From contig JBGAIM010000006.1 of assembly GCA_044225555.1 (NCBI GenBank), positions 200,018 to 264,017 of the forward strand: a DNA stretch of 64,000 bases, read 5' to 3'. The DNA is from Limisphaerales bacterium. GTDB lineage: Bacteria > Verrucomicrobiota > Verrucomicrobiia > Limisphaerales > JADLHS01. The notes under the pieces were generated by a model, which had not been told where the DNA came from, searched no databases, and saw nothing but the letters and a program-made list of their open reading frames with translations. A program made the position numbers and the translations under genes. Below, one piece after another: positions 26,571 to 36,202 of this stretch (position 1 is the stretch's first letter; every line of letters starts with the position of its first letter).

Positions 26571-28808
26571 ATGGTGCGGTTTATGAGCTGGTTGGTTCAT
26601 GTTTTCTCATTCGTATCCCTCCTGTCTTTGGCAACAGCCGGGAATATTCCCTATCCTCAAGCGCTCGATGCGGCAGCCGTCCTGGAAGATCGCTTGGATG
26701 CCATCGGGCGACGCGCTCTGCCGCTGGGGAACGGTGATCTGAATGCATTGCTCTGGGATCGCGACGGGGCGCTGTGTTTGCGGGTGACGAAGAATGATAT
26801 TTGGGATGCGCGCATTGATACTTCGCAAGATCCGCCGCTGCTCCGGATGGACGTGCGGAACCGCTCTTGGACTGGCGGGACGAATCGAGTTTCGAGTTGG
26901 TCGGATCATCCATATCCGCAAGCGCGGTGTGCGGCCATCGTGCGTCTTGGGTCGCCAACAGGCAGCGGTGACATCACCAATGCGCGACTCGATTTGCGTC
27001 GTGCCGTGGCCTGCGTCAACCAAACGACCATCCGTGTCCTCGCAGATCGCAATGTCATCCTGGTCGAAGGCGGTCAGCCGGTTGCGTTGGAAGAAATTAC
27101 CACCCGGGAACTGCCGCCCGCGAAATGGGGCGAAACCAACGGCCTGCGTTGGCTGTACATGAGGATGCCGGGGGATGTGGACTATTCCGGGATGGACTAT
27201 GCCGTGGCAGTTGCCACCAACGGGTCGCGGCAAGCGGTGAGTGTCGTGACCTCCTTCGACACGCGAGAGCCGGTGCTGGCGGCAGCAATCAAGTTGGCAC
27301 GGGAAAGTCTGAAAGCTAATCCGGTTCCCGAACATGAAGCGATTTGGGAGAAATTCTGGTCTGCCTCCGGTGTGGAACTCGCGGACCAGTTTTTCCAGGA
27401 CGCCTGGTATCGCAATCTCTACTACATGCGGTGCTTCAGTCGCGCGGGGTCGCCATTGCCCATCATGCTGTTCGCAGGTTTGGTAAAAGACGACACGCCG
27501 TGGCATGGCGCGCCGACGTTGAACTACAATTTTCAACAGGTATACTGGCCGATGTTCGTCTGCAACCAGGTGGACTCTGCCGAGCCGTACATCCGTTTCA
27601 TCCAAAATTACGCGCCGCGCGGCCATTGGTTGGCCAGGCAGACTTACGGTGTGGATGGTTTGTTTTTGCCGCTGAATATTTTTGGGCCGGAGCATCTGGT
27701 CGCCCCGGAGTTGGCGCGCAGCCGGAACGGCCGTCAGATTTGTTACGTACCGTGGAGCTACACGCTGGGCTGCACCGGCTGGGGGCTGCAAAATCTGTGG
27801 TTGCGTTACAAATACCAGCCGGAACGTTCTTATCTCGAATCGGTCTATCCGCTGTTTCGCGATGGGGCCGAATTTTACGCGAATGTTCTCGCGCAGTGTC
27901 GCGATGGGGAACTCGGCCCCAGTTACAATCCTGAACATGGCCCGTTTGGCACGTTCAACAATCCGGTGGATCTTGCGTATTTCCGTTTCCTGCTGGACAC
28001 TGCCTGCGAGGCCGCGCGTGAATTGGATCGCGATGCCAAGCTGGTGGAACGTTGGCGACAGCAGTTGGCGCGTGTGCCGGCCTATGAGACGACGCTGCTC
28101 CAGGGCAAACCGATCATCGCCAATTGGAAAGGTGCGACGGTTGATTCCGTTCCGGTGCACAACATCGTGGTGCCAACGGTTCCGATTTTTCCGGCGGAGC
28201 AGGTGACTTGGTTCTCCCCCAATAGCGAAAAGGAACTGTTCACCCGCACGCTGCGTTGGATTCAGTTCCGCGACGACAACTCGCACATCATGATCAATGT
28301 ACAGCGGGCGCGATTTTCGATGCCGGAAGCCTACAGCAAATCGCGGGAGCACTTCACCCGGCTGCTCGCGCCGAACGGTTTGTTTGCCGAATGGCCCGGC
28401 CACGGTTCGTTTCTGGCCGAGAGTTGGGCGTTCGCCGGTTTGACGGCGGAGTTGTTGCTGCAAAGCGTCGGCGATGTCATCCGCGTTTTCCCGGCGTGGC
28501 CCGGGCAGCAGGATGCGGCTTTCGTTGATTTGCGCGCGCAAGGTGGATTTCTGGTCAGTGCCATTCAAAAGCAGGGCCGGGTGGAGCTCTTGGAAATCAA
28601 GGCCACGGTCGGCGGCACGGTGAATTTCGTAAACCCGTGGTCAAGCTCGAAGCTGGTGGTTAACGTGGTGCAGACCGGCGGTGAAATCACGGCCACGAAC
28701 AGGAGTGGTGGCGTGCTGACATTTCCGGCGACTGGCGGGATGCGTTATCGCATCAGGCCCCGAGACCGAGCGCGCTGGGAATCCCCGGCTAAACGCTGGC
28801 AAGGCTGA
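26571..28808 (+). CDS. Secreted GH95-like (alpha/alpha)6 glycoside hydrolase (distant)
   Basis: N-terminal signal. The central region LYYMRCFSRAGSPLPIMLFAGLV...PWHGAPTLNYNFQQVYWPMFVCNQVDSAEP parallels the GH95 core seen in 45316..47721 (YLLISASR...LPANLQGIW...[22 protein letters not shown]). Confidence 0.45.
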   Translation: MVRFMSWLVHVFSFVSLLSLATAGNIPYPQALDAAAVLEDRLDAIGRRALPLGNGDLNALLWDRDGALCLRVTKNDIWDARIDTSQDPPLLRMDVRNRSWTGGTNRVSSWSDHPYPQARCAAIVRLGSPTGSGDITNARLDLRRAVACVNQTTIRVLADRNVILVEGGQPVALEEITTRELPPAKWGETNGLRWLYMRMPGDVDYSGMDYAVAVATNGSRQAVSVVTSFDTREPVLAAAIKLARESLKANPVPEHEAIWEKFWSASGVELADQFFQDAWYRNLYYMRCFSRAGSPLPIMLFAGLVKDDTPWHGAPTLNYNFQQVYWPMFVCNQVDSAEPYIRFIQNYAPRGHWLARQTYGVDGLFLPLNIFGPEHLVAPELARSRNGRQICYVPWSYTLGCTGWGLQNLWLRYKYQPERSYLESVYPLFRDGAEFYANVLAQCRDGELGPSYNPEHGPFGTFNNPVDLAYFRFLLDTACEAARELDRDAKLVERWRQQLARVPAYETTLLQGKPIIANWKGATVDSVPVHNIVVPTVPIFPAEQVTWFSPNSEKELFTRTLRWIQFRDDNSHIMINVQRARFSMPEAYSKSREHFTRLLAPNGLFAEWPGHGSFLAESWAFAGLTAELLLQSVGDVIRVFPAWPGQQDAAFVDLRAQGGFLVSAIQKQGRVELLEIKATVGGTVNFVNPWSSSKLVVNVVQTGGEITATNRSGGVLTFPATGGMRYRIRPRDRARWESPAKRWQG

Positions 28809-28809
28809 C

Positions 28810-29703
28810 ATGTCAGCTTTGCTGAATTTTGAAGCATTGGGACACCTCGATTTGCGGGTGTTGGCCGTGCAACGCACAGTCGCGGGACGTTGGTGGAATT
28901 TTCGGAAAGTGATCAGTCCGTTCGCCCGGCTCTGGCTGATTCTCGATGGGCGCGGGATGGTCCGGCATCACGGTCGGGAGTTTCAGCTTCGCCCCGGCCG
29001 ATTACACCTGGTGCCTCCCTTTACCGAACATGATTGTTCCTGCGCGCAGCGATTGGATCATTACCACCTCCATTTTGTGGTGCGCCTGCCGACTGGGGTG
29101 GATTTGCTGTCGTTGCTCGACCATGACTTCGAGCTGCCGGCGGGGGCAGAAACCCTGAGCAAACTGCAGCGGCTGGAAACCATTTATCCCGACCGCAAGC
29201 TGCCTTGTTTCGATCCGACGCGGGAAGAGTATCGCCGCCAACCTGTGCTCGCGGAACGTGCAGACCTGGAAACTTTCGGAGTGGATCGGCTCGAAGCCAC
29301 CGGGCTGCTGACCTTGTTGATTGTCCCCTTCTTGCGGCAGGCGCGCCGACACACCGGGACACATGCGCGCGTCACCAGTCAGTTCGCCGAGCTGCAAGCG
29401 TTCATTCACGCCCACATGCAGGACAATTTGCTGCTGGGGGATCTCGCGCGGGTGATCAAACTGCATCCGACGTATTTCTCCGATCGCTTTCATGAGTTGG
29501 TGGGGATGCGTCCGCTGGAGTATTTGCTCCAGCGGCGGATGGAGCGGGCGCAATACGTGTTGCTTACGACGCGCACCTCCATCAAGGAAGTTGCCGCGGC
29601 AGTTGGATATCCGGATGCCGCGCACTTCACCCGCGCCTTTGTTCGTTATTGCGGGCGGTCTCCTTCGCAATATCGATTGGGGCACGGGCGCAGCCTGGGT
29701 TAG
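28810..29703 (+). CDS. AraC family transcriptional regulator
   Basis: Cupin-like N-terminal half plus a C-terminal double HTH (YFSDRFHELVGMRPLEYLLQRRMERAQYVLLTT..IKEVAAAVGYPDAAHFTRAFVRYCGRSPSQYR). Confidence 0.9.
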   Translation: MSALLNFEALGHLDLRVLAVQRTVAGRWWNFRKVISPFARLWLILDGRGMVRHHGREFQLRPGRLHLVPPFTEHDCSCAQRLDHYHLHFVVRLPTGVDLLSLLDHDFELPAGAETLSKLQRLETIYPDRKLPCFDPTREEYRRQPVLAERADLETFGVDRLEATGLLTLLIVPFLRQARRHTGTHARVTSQFAELQAFIHAHMQDNLLLGDLARVIKLHPTYFSDRFHELVGMRPLEYLLQRRMERAQYVLLTTRTSIKEVAAAVGYPDAAHFTRAFVRYCGRSPSQYRLGHGRSLG

Positions 29704-29738
29704 CTGACGGGATGGCGCTCGGCGCCGTTGCCTGTGAT

Positions 29739-29759
29739 AAATCCAAGGCTTTTGGATTT
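29739..29759. promoter_or_regulatory. Dyad AAATCCAA-N5-TTGGATTT between araC-like gene and fucI
   Basis: 8-5-8 perfect inverted repeat read directly, ~70 nt upstream of the fucI start. Could be an operator or a weak hairpin. Confidence 0.3.
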
Positions 29760-29830
29760 CCGGGCAAGTAATTTGGCTCTCGGACGGAATCGCTTCTGTC
29801 ACACTTCCCATAGATTTCACCCATTGAAAC

Positions 29831-31561
29831 ATGAAAACCAATGCTGTCGCTTCGCTCAAAGTCAATCGTCCTGTCAACCGTCTGGTCGGTGATATGCCCA
29901 AAGTAGGCATCCGCCCCACCATTGATGGCCGGCTCGGCGGCGTCCGCGAATCCCTAGAAAAAACCACGATGAACATGGCGAAGAACGTCGCCAAGCTCAT
30001 CGAATCCACGTTGCGCCACTCCAACGGGCTGTCGGTCGAGTGTGTCATCGCCGATTCGTGCATCGGAGGCGTGGCGGAGGCAGCGGCTACCGCGGAGAAG
30101 TTTCGCAAGGAAGGCGTGGGCGTTTCCCTCACCGTGACGCCGTGCTGGTGCTACGGCTCGGAGACGATGGACATGGATGCGTCCATCCCGAAGGCTTACG
30201 GTCGTGATGTGCAGGACATCGGTTCGACGAAGATCCCCGTCGATGTGCGGGAGAAGATTCTCGGCTTTATCAAAGCTGGTCTCGCTGTCGCCACGATGCG
30301 CGGCAAGAGTTACCTGTCGGTCGGCGGTGTTTCGATGGGTATTGCGGGTTCGATCGTGAATCAGGATTTGTTTGAGGACACGTTCGGGATGCGCGTCGAG
30401 TGCGTGGACATGACGGAACTTGTCCGTCGCATTGAGGAAAAGATTTATGACGAGGCGGAATTCAAACGCGCGCTGGCGTGGGTGAAGAAGAATTGCCGCG
30501 AAGGCAAGGACTACAACAGCAATCCGCACAGCCGCAAGCGCAAGGACTGGGAGTGGGAGTTCGTGGTGAAGTCCGCGATGATCGTCCGCGACCTGATGCT
30601 TGGTAATCCGCGCCTCAAACGACTCGGCTTTGGCGAAGAGGCGCTGGGTCACAACGCGATTCTCTCCGGCTTCCAAGGCCAGCGTCATTGGACGGATCAT
30701 TATCCAAACGGCGATTTTCTCGAAGCGATGCTCAGTTCATCCTTCGATTGGAACGGCATCCGCGAGCCGATCCTGGTCGCCACGGAAAACGACGCGCTGA
30801 ACGGTGTGTGCATGTTGCTCGGGCATCTGCTCACCAACACGGCGCAGATTTTTGCCGACGTGCGGACGTATTGGAGTCCCGAAGCGGTGCAACGCGTCAC
30901 CGGCCACGCGCTGACCGGCGCGGCCGCTCCAGGGCTGTTGCACCTGATCAACTCCGGCGCCGCAGCGCTGGATGGTTGCGGGGAACAGAAGCGCAACGGT
31001 GAGGCGGTGATGAAGCCATTCTGGGAAATCACGCCGAAGGAGGCGCAAGCTTGCTTGAATGCGACGACCTGGCCGCCCGCGATTTATGAATACTTCCGCG
31101 GCGGCGGTTTCTCCTCCGCTTATGGCACGCGTGCCACGATGCCCACCACGATGTTCCGCATCAACATGGTCAAGGGCCTGGGGCCGGCGCTGCAGATTGC
31201 GGAAGGGCACTTCCTCGATCTGCCCAAGGAAATCTATTCCGTGCTCGAAGAACGCACGAATCCGACCTGGCCGTCGCATTGGTTTGTCCCGACGCTGACC
31301 GGCCAGGGCGTGTTCCGCGATGTCTATTCGGTCATGAACGCCTGGGGCGCGAACCACGGCACGATCAGCTACGGCCACATCGGCGCGGAACTCATCACGC
31401 TCGCGTCGATGCTGCGCATTCCGGTTTACATGCACAACGTGGCGGAGGAAAAAGTCTTCCGCCCAAGCGCGTGGACGGCGTTCGGGACAGCGGATCTGGA
31501 AGGCGCGGATTTCCGGGCTTGCGCGAACTTCGGTCCGCTTTACGGCAAAACCTCCCGTTAA
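29831..31561 (+). CDS. fucI: L-fucose isomerase (with an apparent in-frame internal deletion)
   Basis: Collinear with canonical FucI: [66 protein letters not shown]-like, RIPVYMHNV. Confidence 0.9.
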   Translation: MKTNAVASLKVNRPVNRLVGDMPKVGIRPTIDGRLGGVRESLEKTTMNMAKNVAKLIESTLRHSNGLSVECVIADSCIGGVAEAAATAEKFRKEGVGVSLTVTPCWCYGSETMDMDASIPKAYGRDVQDIGSTKIPVDVREKILGFIKAGLAVATMRGKSYLSVGGVSMGIAGSIVNQDLFEDTFGMRVECVDMTELVRRIEEKIYDEAEFKRALAWVKKNCREGKDYNSNPHSRKRKDWEWEFVVKSAMIVRDLMLGNPRLKRLGFGEEALGHNAILSGFQGQRHWTDHYPNGDFLEAMLSSSFDWNGIREPILVATENDALNGVCMLLGHLLTNTAQIFADVRTYWSPEAVQRVTGHALTGAAAPGLLHLINSGAAALDGCGEQKRNGEAVMKPFWEITPKEAQACLNATTWPPAIYEYFRGGGFSSAYGTRATMPTTMFRINMVKGLGPALQIAEGHFLDLPKEIYSVLEERTNPTWPSHWFVPTLTGQGVFRDVYSVMNAWGANHGTISYGHIGAELITLASMLRIPVYMHNVAEEKVFRPSAWTAFGTADLEGADFRACANFGPLYGKTSR

Positions 31562-31571
31562 TTCTTCGCCT

Positions 31572-32003
31572 ATGTTGAAAGGTATCAATCCCTGTATCTC
31601 GCCCGAGTTGTTGAAGGTTCTGGCTGAAATGGGCCACGGCGACGAGATCGTCTTGGCGGACGCGCATTTTCCCGGGCACACGATGAACCCGCGTGTGTTG
31701 CGGGCAGATGGATTGTCGGTGGCCAACCTGTTGGACGGAATTCTGCCGCTGTTTGAATTGGATGCCTATGCTCCGCCACTGGTCATGATGGCGGCGGTGC
31801 GCGGGGATAAACTGGATCCGGCGGTGGAAGCAAAGTACCTGCGGGTGATCCATTGGCATGTGCCGAAGGCCAAAGTGCCCGTGCGGATTGATCGCTTCGC
31901 CTTTTACGAGCGCGCCAAAGCCGCCTTTGCCGTCGTCATGACCGGTGAGACCGCCAAATACAGCAACCTCATCTTGAAGAAGGGCGTCACGCCCCAATCC
32001 TGA
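31572..32003 (+). CDS. fucU: L-fucose mutarotase (RbsD/FucU family)
   Basis: [34 protein letters not shown] and the C-terminal NLILKKGV are typical of FucU. Confidence 0.85.
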   Translation: MLKGINPCISPELLKVLAEMGHGDEIVLADAHFPGHTMNPRVLRADGLSVANLLDGILPLFELDAYAPPLVMMAAVRGDKLDPAVEAKYLRVIHWHVPKAKVPVRIDRFAFYERAKAAFAVVMTGETAKYSNLILKKGVTPQS

Positions 32004-32017
32004 ATCCAGCCACTGGC

Positions 32018-33991
32018 TTGCCGCCCAAGAACTCTATGAATTCGCCATCACGCAATGGACTCTTCACCGGGACCGATGGAAAAAGTCTGGCCACCACGTT
32101 CTTTCTGGTCGCGTCGCTGTTTTTCATCTGGGGGTTCTGCAACTCGATGATTGATGGGATGGACAAGCATTTTCAGGATCAGTTGGGCCTGACCAAGGCG
32201 CAATCGGCCTGGGTGCAATTCGCGCATTACATGGGCTATTCCCTCATGGCGTTGCCGGCCGGTCTGTTGACGCGCCGGTTGGGTTACAAATACGGCATCA
32301 TCTTTGGGTTGCTGCTGGTGGCGGTGGGCGCTTTTTGGTTTCTGCCCGCAACGAAGATTTCCCAGTTTTGGGCCTTCCTGCTGGGTGTGTGCGTGATTGC
32401 GATGGGATTGACCGTGCTGGAAACAGTGGCCAATCCCTACACCACGGTGCTGGGCCCGAAGGAATTTGGGGCGTCCCGGATCAATCTCGCCCAGTCGTTT
32501 AATGGCGTGGGCTGGATTGTGGGGCCGCTGGTCGGGGCGTCCTTCTTTTACTCGGAAGGCGGGGTGCAGAAAGCCCATGGACAACTGTTTATTCCGTATG
32601 TGGGCGTGGGCGTGCTGGTGATTGTCATTGCCGCCCTGGTGTTCCGGGCGCATGTGCCCGACATCAAGGTTGAGGACGAATACCACACGGACGATCGGGC
32701 TAACCTGTCCTGGCAGAAGAACAGCGCGCTGGTCTTCCTCATGTTGTTGTTGAACGTGGCCGCGGTGGCGCTTTCAGTTTATCTGGTCCTGCACACCATC
32801 CTGCCCGCGGTCGCCAAGAGCGTGACGGAAGGGGATGTGGACCGGAAGTGGTGGGTGTTTGCGGGATTGGTGGTGGTGGCTGGGCCCTTCCTGTTGCTGG
32901 CGACCAAACGTGTGACCACCCACAGCATCTGGGCGCACCCGCACTTTTCAGGGGCCACGCTGGCGCAATTTTTCTACGTGGCGGCGCAAGCGGGCATCTT
33001 CAGCTTTTTCATCAACAGCATGACGGTGGACAAGCACAACGGCTCGTCCATCGTGCCGGAACTGCCAGCCACCATGGCCGGAGGCTGGTTTGCGGACAAT
33101 CACTGGGTCGAAGTCCGCACCGCGTTGTCCGGGAGCGACCTGACCGATTTGCCGTCGTTGGCGGACCGGTTGAAACAACCAACGGACGCCGTGGCGCAAT
33201 TTGTTTCCGAAAGTCTGGGTGCATCGACCAAGGAACTGCTGGCCGGTAATCCCGGCGCGACCACCGAGGCCGCCTTGCGCAAGGCCCTCGTGAACGACCT
33301 CAACGGCCTCCTGCATCAAGAACTGGATCCAAAGAGCGGGAAACCTGCGTTTTACGATCCGGCCCGGTTCAGTGCGGTGAAACTGAACGAAGCGACTGCG
33401 GCCCTTGCGGCGCGCAAGCTGGACCTGGAAAACGACCGGCTCCGGCTGAACCGGCGCTTGCTGGCGGACGCCTTCCCCGGGCAGATTAGCTTCAGAGACG
33501 GCGCCCTGAGCATCAGCGACAAGGGCGCGAACAAGCTTTCCTCGCTGGCGTTTGGCCTTTTCCTGCTGGGGCGTGTCATTGGCGCGTGGGCGATGCGCCG
33601 CGTCCCGGCGCACAACATGGTGGGCGTGTTTGCCCTGGCCAACGTGCTGCTGTGCGCCGTGGTCATCTCAAAACTCGGGTGGCTGTCAGTTGCGGGCGTG
33701 TTTTTGAGTTACTTCTTCATGTCGTTGATGTTCCCGACCATCTTCGCGCTGGGCATCTTCGGATTGGGCGCACAGGCCAAGAAACAGGCGGCGGCCTTCA
33801 TTGTGATGTCGATTACAGGCGGCGCGTTGATGCCCAAATTGATGGGCCGGCTCGGCGATGTGTTCGACATGTCCACGAGTTTCTGGATGCCACTGGGTTG
33901 TTTCGTGCTGATCATGTTTTACGGCTTTGGGTGGACCAAACTGAGTCAATCCAAGGGGGTGGTCGGGATGAAGTCAGCCGGCGGACACTGA
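32018..33991 (+). CDS. fucP: L-fucose:H+ symporter-type MFS permease with large insertions
   Basis: FucP-like blocks: FFIWGFCNSMIDGMDKHFQ, GLTVLETVANPYTTVLGP, RINLAQSFNGVGWI, MSLMFPTIFALGI. At 657 aa it is much longer than the ~440 aa I recall for canonical FucP. Confidence 0.8.
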   Translation: MPPKNSMNSPSRNGLFTGTDGKSLATTFFLVASLFFIWGFCNSMIDGMDKHFQDQLGLTKAQSAWVQFAHYMGYSLMALPAGLLTRRLGYKYGIIFGLLLVAVGAFWFLPATKISQFWAFLLGVCVIAMGLTVLETVANPYTTVLGPKEFGASRINLAQSFNGVGWIVGPLVGASFFYSEGGVQKAHGQLFIPYVGVGVLVIVIAALVFRAHVPDIKVEDEYHTDDRANLSWQKNSALVFLMLLLNVAAVALSVYLVLHTILPAVAKSVTEGDVDRKWWVFAGLVVVAGPFLLLATKRVTTHSIWAHPHFSGATLAQFFYVAAQAGIFSFFINSMTVDKHNGSSIVPELPATMAGGWFADNHWVEVRTALSGSDLTDLPSLADRLKQPTDAVAQFVSESLGASTKELLAGNPGATTEAALRKALVNDLNGLLHQELDPKSGKPAFYDPARFSAVKLNEATAALAARKLDLENDRLRLNRRLLADAFPGQISFRDGALSISDKGANKLSSLAFGLFLLGRVIGAWAMRRVPAHNMVGVFALANVLLCAVVISKLGWLSVAGVFLSYFFMSLMFPTIFALGIFGLGAQAKKQAAAFIVMSITGGALMPKLMGRLGDVFDMSTSFWMPLGCFVLIMFYGFGWTKLSQSKGVVGMKSAGGH

Positions 33992-34135
33992 GGACAGCTC
34001 GGAGTGCTTACATGTCAGTGCCGGGTGAGGTTGCTTGTTGCACGGGTGAGGAAGGCTGGGCCGAAGGCGCTTTGCACCGGACGGCCAGCACTCGCAATTC
34101 CGTGCCGATTGAGGTAGAGCAGTGACCACGACATC

Positions 34136-36202
34136 ATGATACGCACCCGACGTCCTGTTCTGGTTGGAATGCTGGCGCTCCTCGTTGCTGGTTGGGGCGG
34201 GCGTCTGGCCGCGGCCGATGTGACCGTGATGCTGCTCACCAACGCGGCGCAGGTGCGGGCGCTGTCGTTGGAGGCGGCCTCGCCGGGGCAGCCGGTGCAC
34301 CTGCGGGGTGTCGTGCTGTTTGAGGGGACGGACTCCTTGGTGTTGGCCGACGCAACGGCAGGCATCTATCTCCAGGCCACCAACCGCGAACTGGCGGGAT
34401 TCCAGATGGGCGATCTGTTGGCCGTGACGGGGAAGACGGACCCGGGGAAGTTCGCTCCCATCGTCAAAGTGAAAGCGGTCGAGAAAATCGGTCGCGGCAC
34501 CATCCCGAGCCCTCAGCGCGTGGCGTTTCCCGACTTGCAGATGGGCAGGCTGGATGCGCAGTGGATCGAGGTGACGGGGGTGGTGCGGCGTTCCGAGGCT
34601 TCAACGGAGGACGAGACCGCTTGGGGAGTTTGGATCGAAGTTGGTGGCGGACGGCTTCCGGTGCGTCTCCCGGCGGAGCAGGGGAAGTTGCTGGCGGTGG
34701 ACTCAGAGGTGCGGTTACGAGGGGTCTGCTTCTATCAATTCAACAAAGCCCGTCAGGCGGTGAGTCCGATGTTGCAGATTCCGCGGGGCGAACCGGTGAT
34801 TGTCACGCGCCCGGCCCCGGAACACCCGTTTGAAGCCCTCGAGCGTCCGGTAAGCAGCTTGTTGCAGTTCAGCCCCGAAGACCTTTTCAGCCATCGGGTC
34901 CGGGTGAGCGGCGTGGTGACTCACGCGGTCATGGGGGAAGGATTCTGGATTCGCAGCGGACCCGTGGGGCTGCGGGTGCGAAGTTTGCAGTCCCAGTTGC
35001 TGGCGGTGGGCGACCAGGTGACGGTGCTGGGCTTTCTCAGCCGCGGAGAATATTCGCCCGTGCTGGAGGATGCCATCTTTCGCAAGTTGGCCAAGCTGCG
35101 GCGGCCGGAACCGTTGTCGTTGTCCTCACCGCAAGAAGCGCTGGATCACGATCAAGAGCTGGTGCAACTCGAGGCCCAACTCGTGGAACAATGGCGGGTT
35201 CCGGATGGGTGTCGCGTCACCTTGCAAGCAGATGACAAAGGCTTCGTAGCTTGGTTGCGCTTGGAAGGACATCAAGCGGTGCCCCGGACCTGGGTGACCG
35301 GGAGCCGGGTACGCGTGGTGGGGATTTGCACCGTGACGGCCGGAGCCAAGGAGGGGACTGCGGCTGGCACGGTGGACCCAGGTTCCTTTCAAATCTTGTT
35401 GCGCTCGCCCTCGGACATGACCGTGCTACGGTCCCCGTCCTGGTGGACGGCGGAACACGTGGGATGGGTGACGGCCAGTGTCATGGGGTTGTTGCTGACC
35501 ATCGGGGGGCTGCTTTTTTGGATGCATCGCCGGCGGGTGGCGCGACAAATGGCGGAGATGAAAGCGCAAGCCGCCCTGGATGCCGAGCGGACGCGGATTG
35601 CCCGCGATTTGCATGATGAGATTGGAGCGAATCTGACCCACATTTCCATACTCAGCACATTGGCATCCCAAGCCATCAAGGCACAGCCAGAAAGCGCCCA
35701 GCAGCATAACGCGGAAGCGGCCAGCGTGGCGCAACAGACCATTCGCGCATTCGATGAAATCTTGTGGTCCGTTAATCCGAAGAACGACACCCTTTTGAGT
35801 TTGAGCCATTACATTTGTCGTTACGCAGAAGAGCTGTTGTCCCCGGCGGGGATTGCTCATCATTTTGACCTGGCGGAATCTTATCCCAATCTCTTGGTGC
35901 CACCCAATTGCCGTCATGGATTGCTTCTGGCAGTGAAGGAGGTGATCCACAACATCATCAAGCATGCCGCCGCCAAGAAGGTGCAAATCAAGTGCGCCAT
36001 GGAAACGGACCGGCTTTTCTTCGTGCGGGTAACTGACGATGGGCAGGGGATGGGATCGGCTGCGGGGGCCCCGGTTCCGAACCGGCGGCAAGGCCAAGGG
36101 TTGGAAAATCTCGCGCGCCGAATGTCCGAATTGGGCGGCGAGTGTTCGATTGAGAGCAAGCCCGGTCAGGGAACCGGCGTTACGCTCCGTTTGCCGTTAT
36201 GA
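34136..36202 (+). CDS. Sensor histidine kinase (HisKA_3/NarX-type) with a ~430-aa N-terminal sensor region
   Basis: Signal/TM, long extracytoplasmic region and a TM helix (WVTASVMGLLLTIGGLLFW). Then ERTRIARDLHDEIGANLTHI (H-box) and an HATPase region (VTDDGQGMG...GQGLENLARRMSELGG). Confidence 0.85.
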   Translation: MIRTRRPVLVGMLALLVAGWGGRLAAADVTVMLLTNAAQVRALSLEAASPGQPVHLRGVVLFEGTDSLVLADATAGIYLQATNRELAGFQMGDLLAVTGKTDPGKFAPIVKVKAVEKIGRGTIPSPQRVAFPDLQMGRLDAQWIEVTGVVRRSEASTEDETAWGVWIEVGGGRLPVRLPAEQGKLLAVDSEVRLRGVCFYQFNKARQAVSPMLQIPRGEPVIVTRPAPEHPFEALERPVSSLLQFSPEDLFSHRVRVSGVVTHAVMGEGFWIRSGPVGLRVRSLQSQLLAVGDQVTVLGFLSRGEYSPVLEDAIFRKLAKLRRPEPLSLSSPQEALDHDQELVQLEAQLVEQWRVPDGCRVTLQADDKGFVAWLRLEGHQAVPRTWVTGSRVRVVGICTVTAGAKEGTAAGTVDPGSFQILLRSPSDMTVLRSPSWWTAEHVGWVTASVMGLLLTIGGLLFWMHRRRVARQMAEMKAQAALDAERTRIARDLHDEIGANLTHISILSTLASQAIKAQPESAQQHNAEAASVAQQTIRAFDEILWSVNPKNDTLLSLSHYICRYAEELLSPAGIAHHFDLAESYPNLLVPPNCRHGLLLAVKEVIHNIIKHAAAKKVQIKCAMETDRLFFVRVTDDGQGMGSAAGAPVPNRRQGQGLENLARRMSELGGECSIESKPGQGTGVTLRLPL

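Noticed and set aside
26607-28568. 653-aa minus-strand ORF opposite the GH95-like gene
   Set aside because: Shadow frame. The composition is dominated by R/P/G/H, whereas the plus-strand product has a signal peptide and a GH95-like core.
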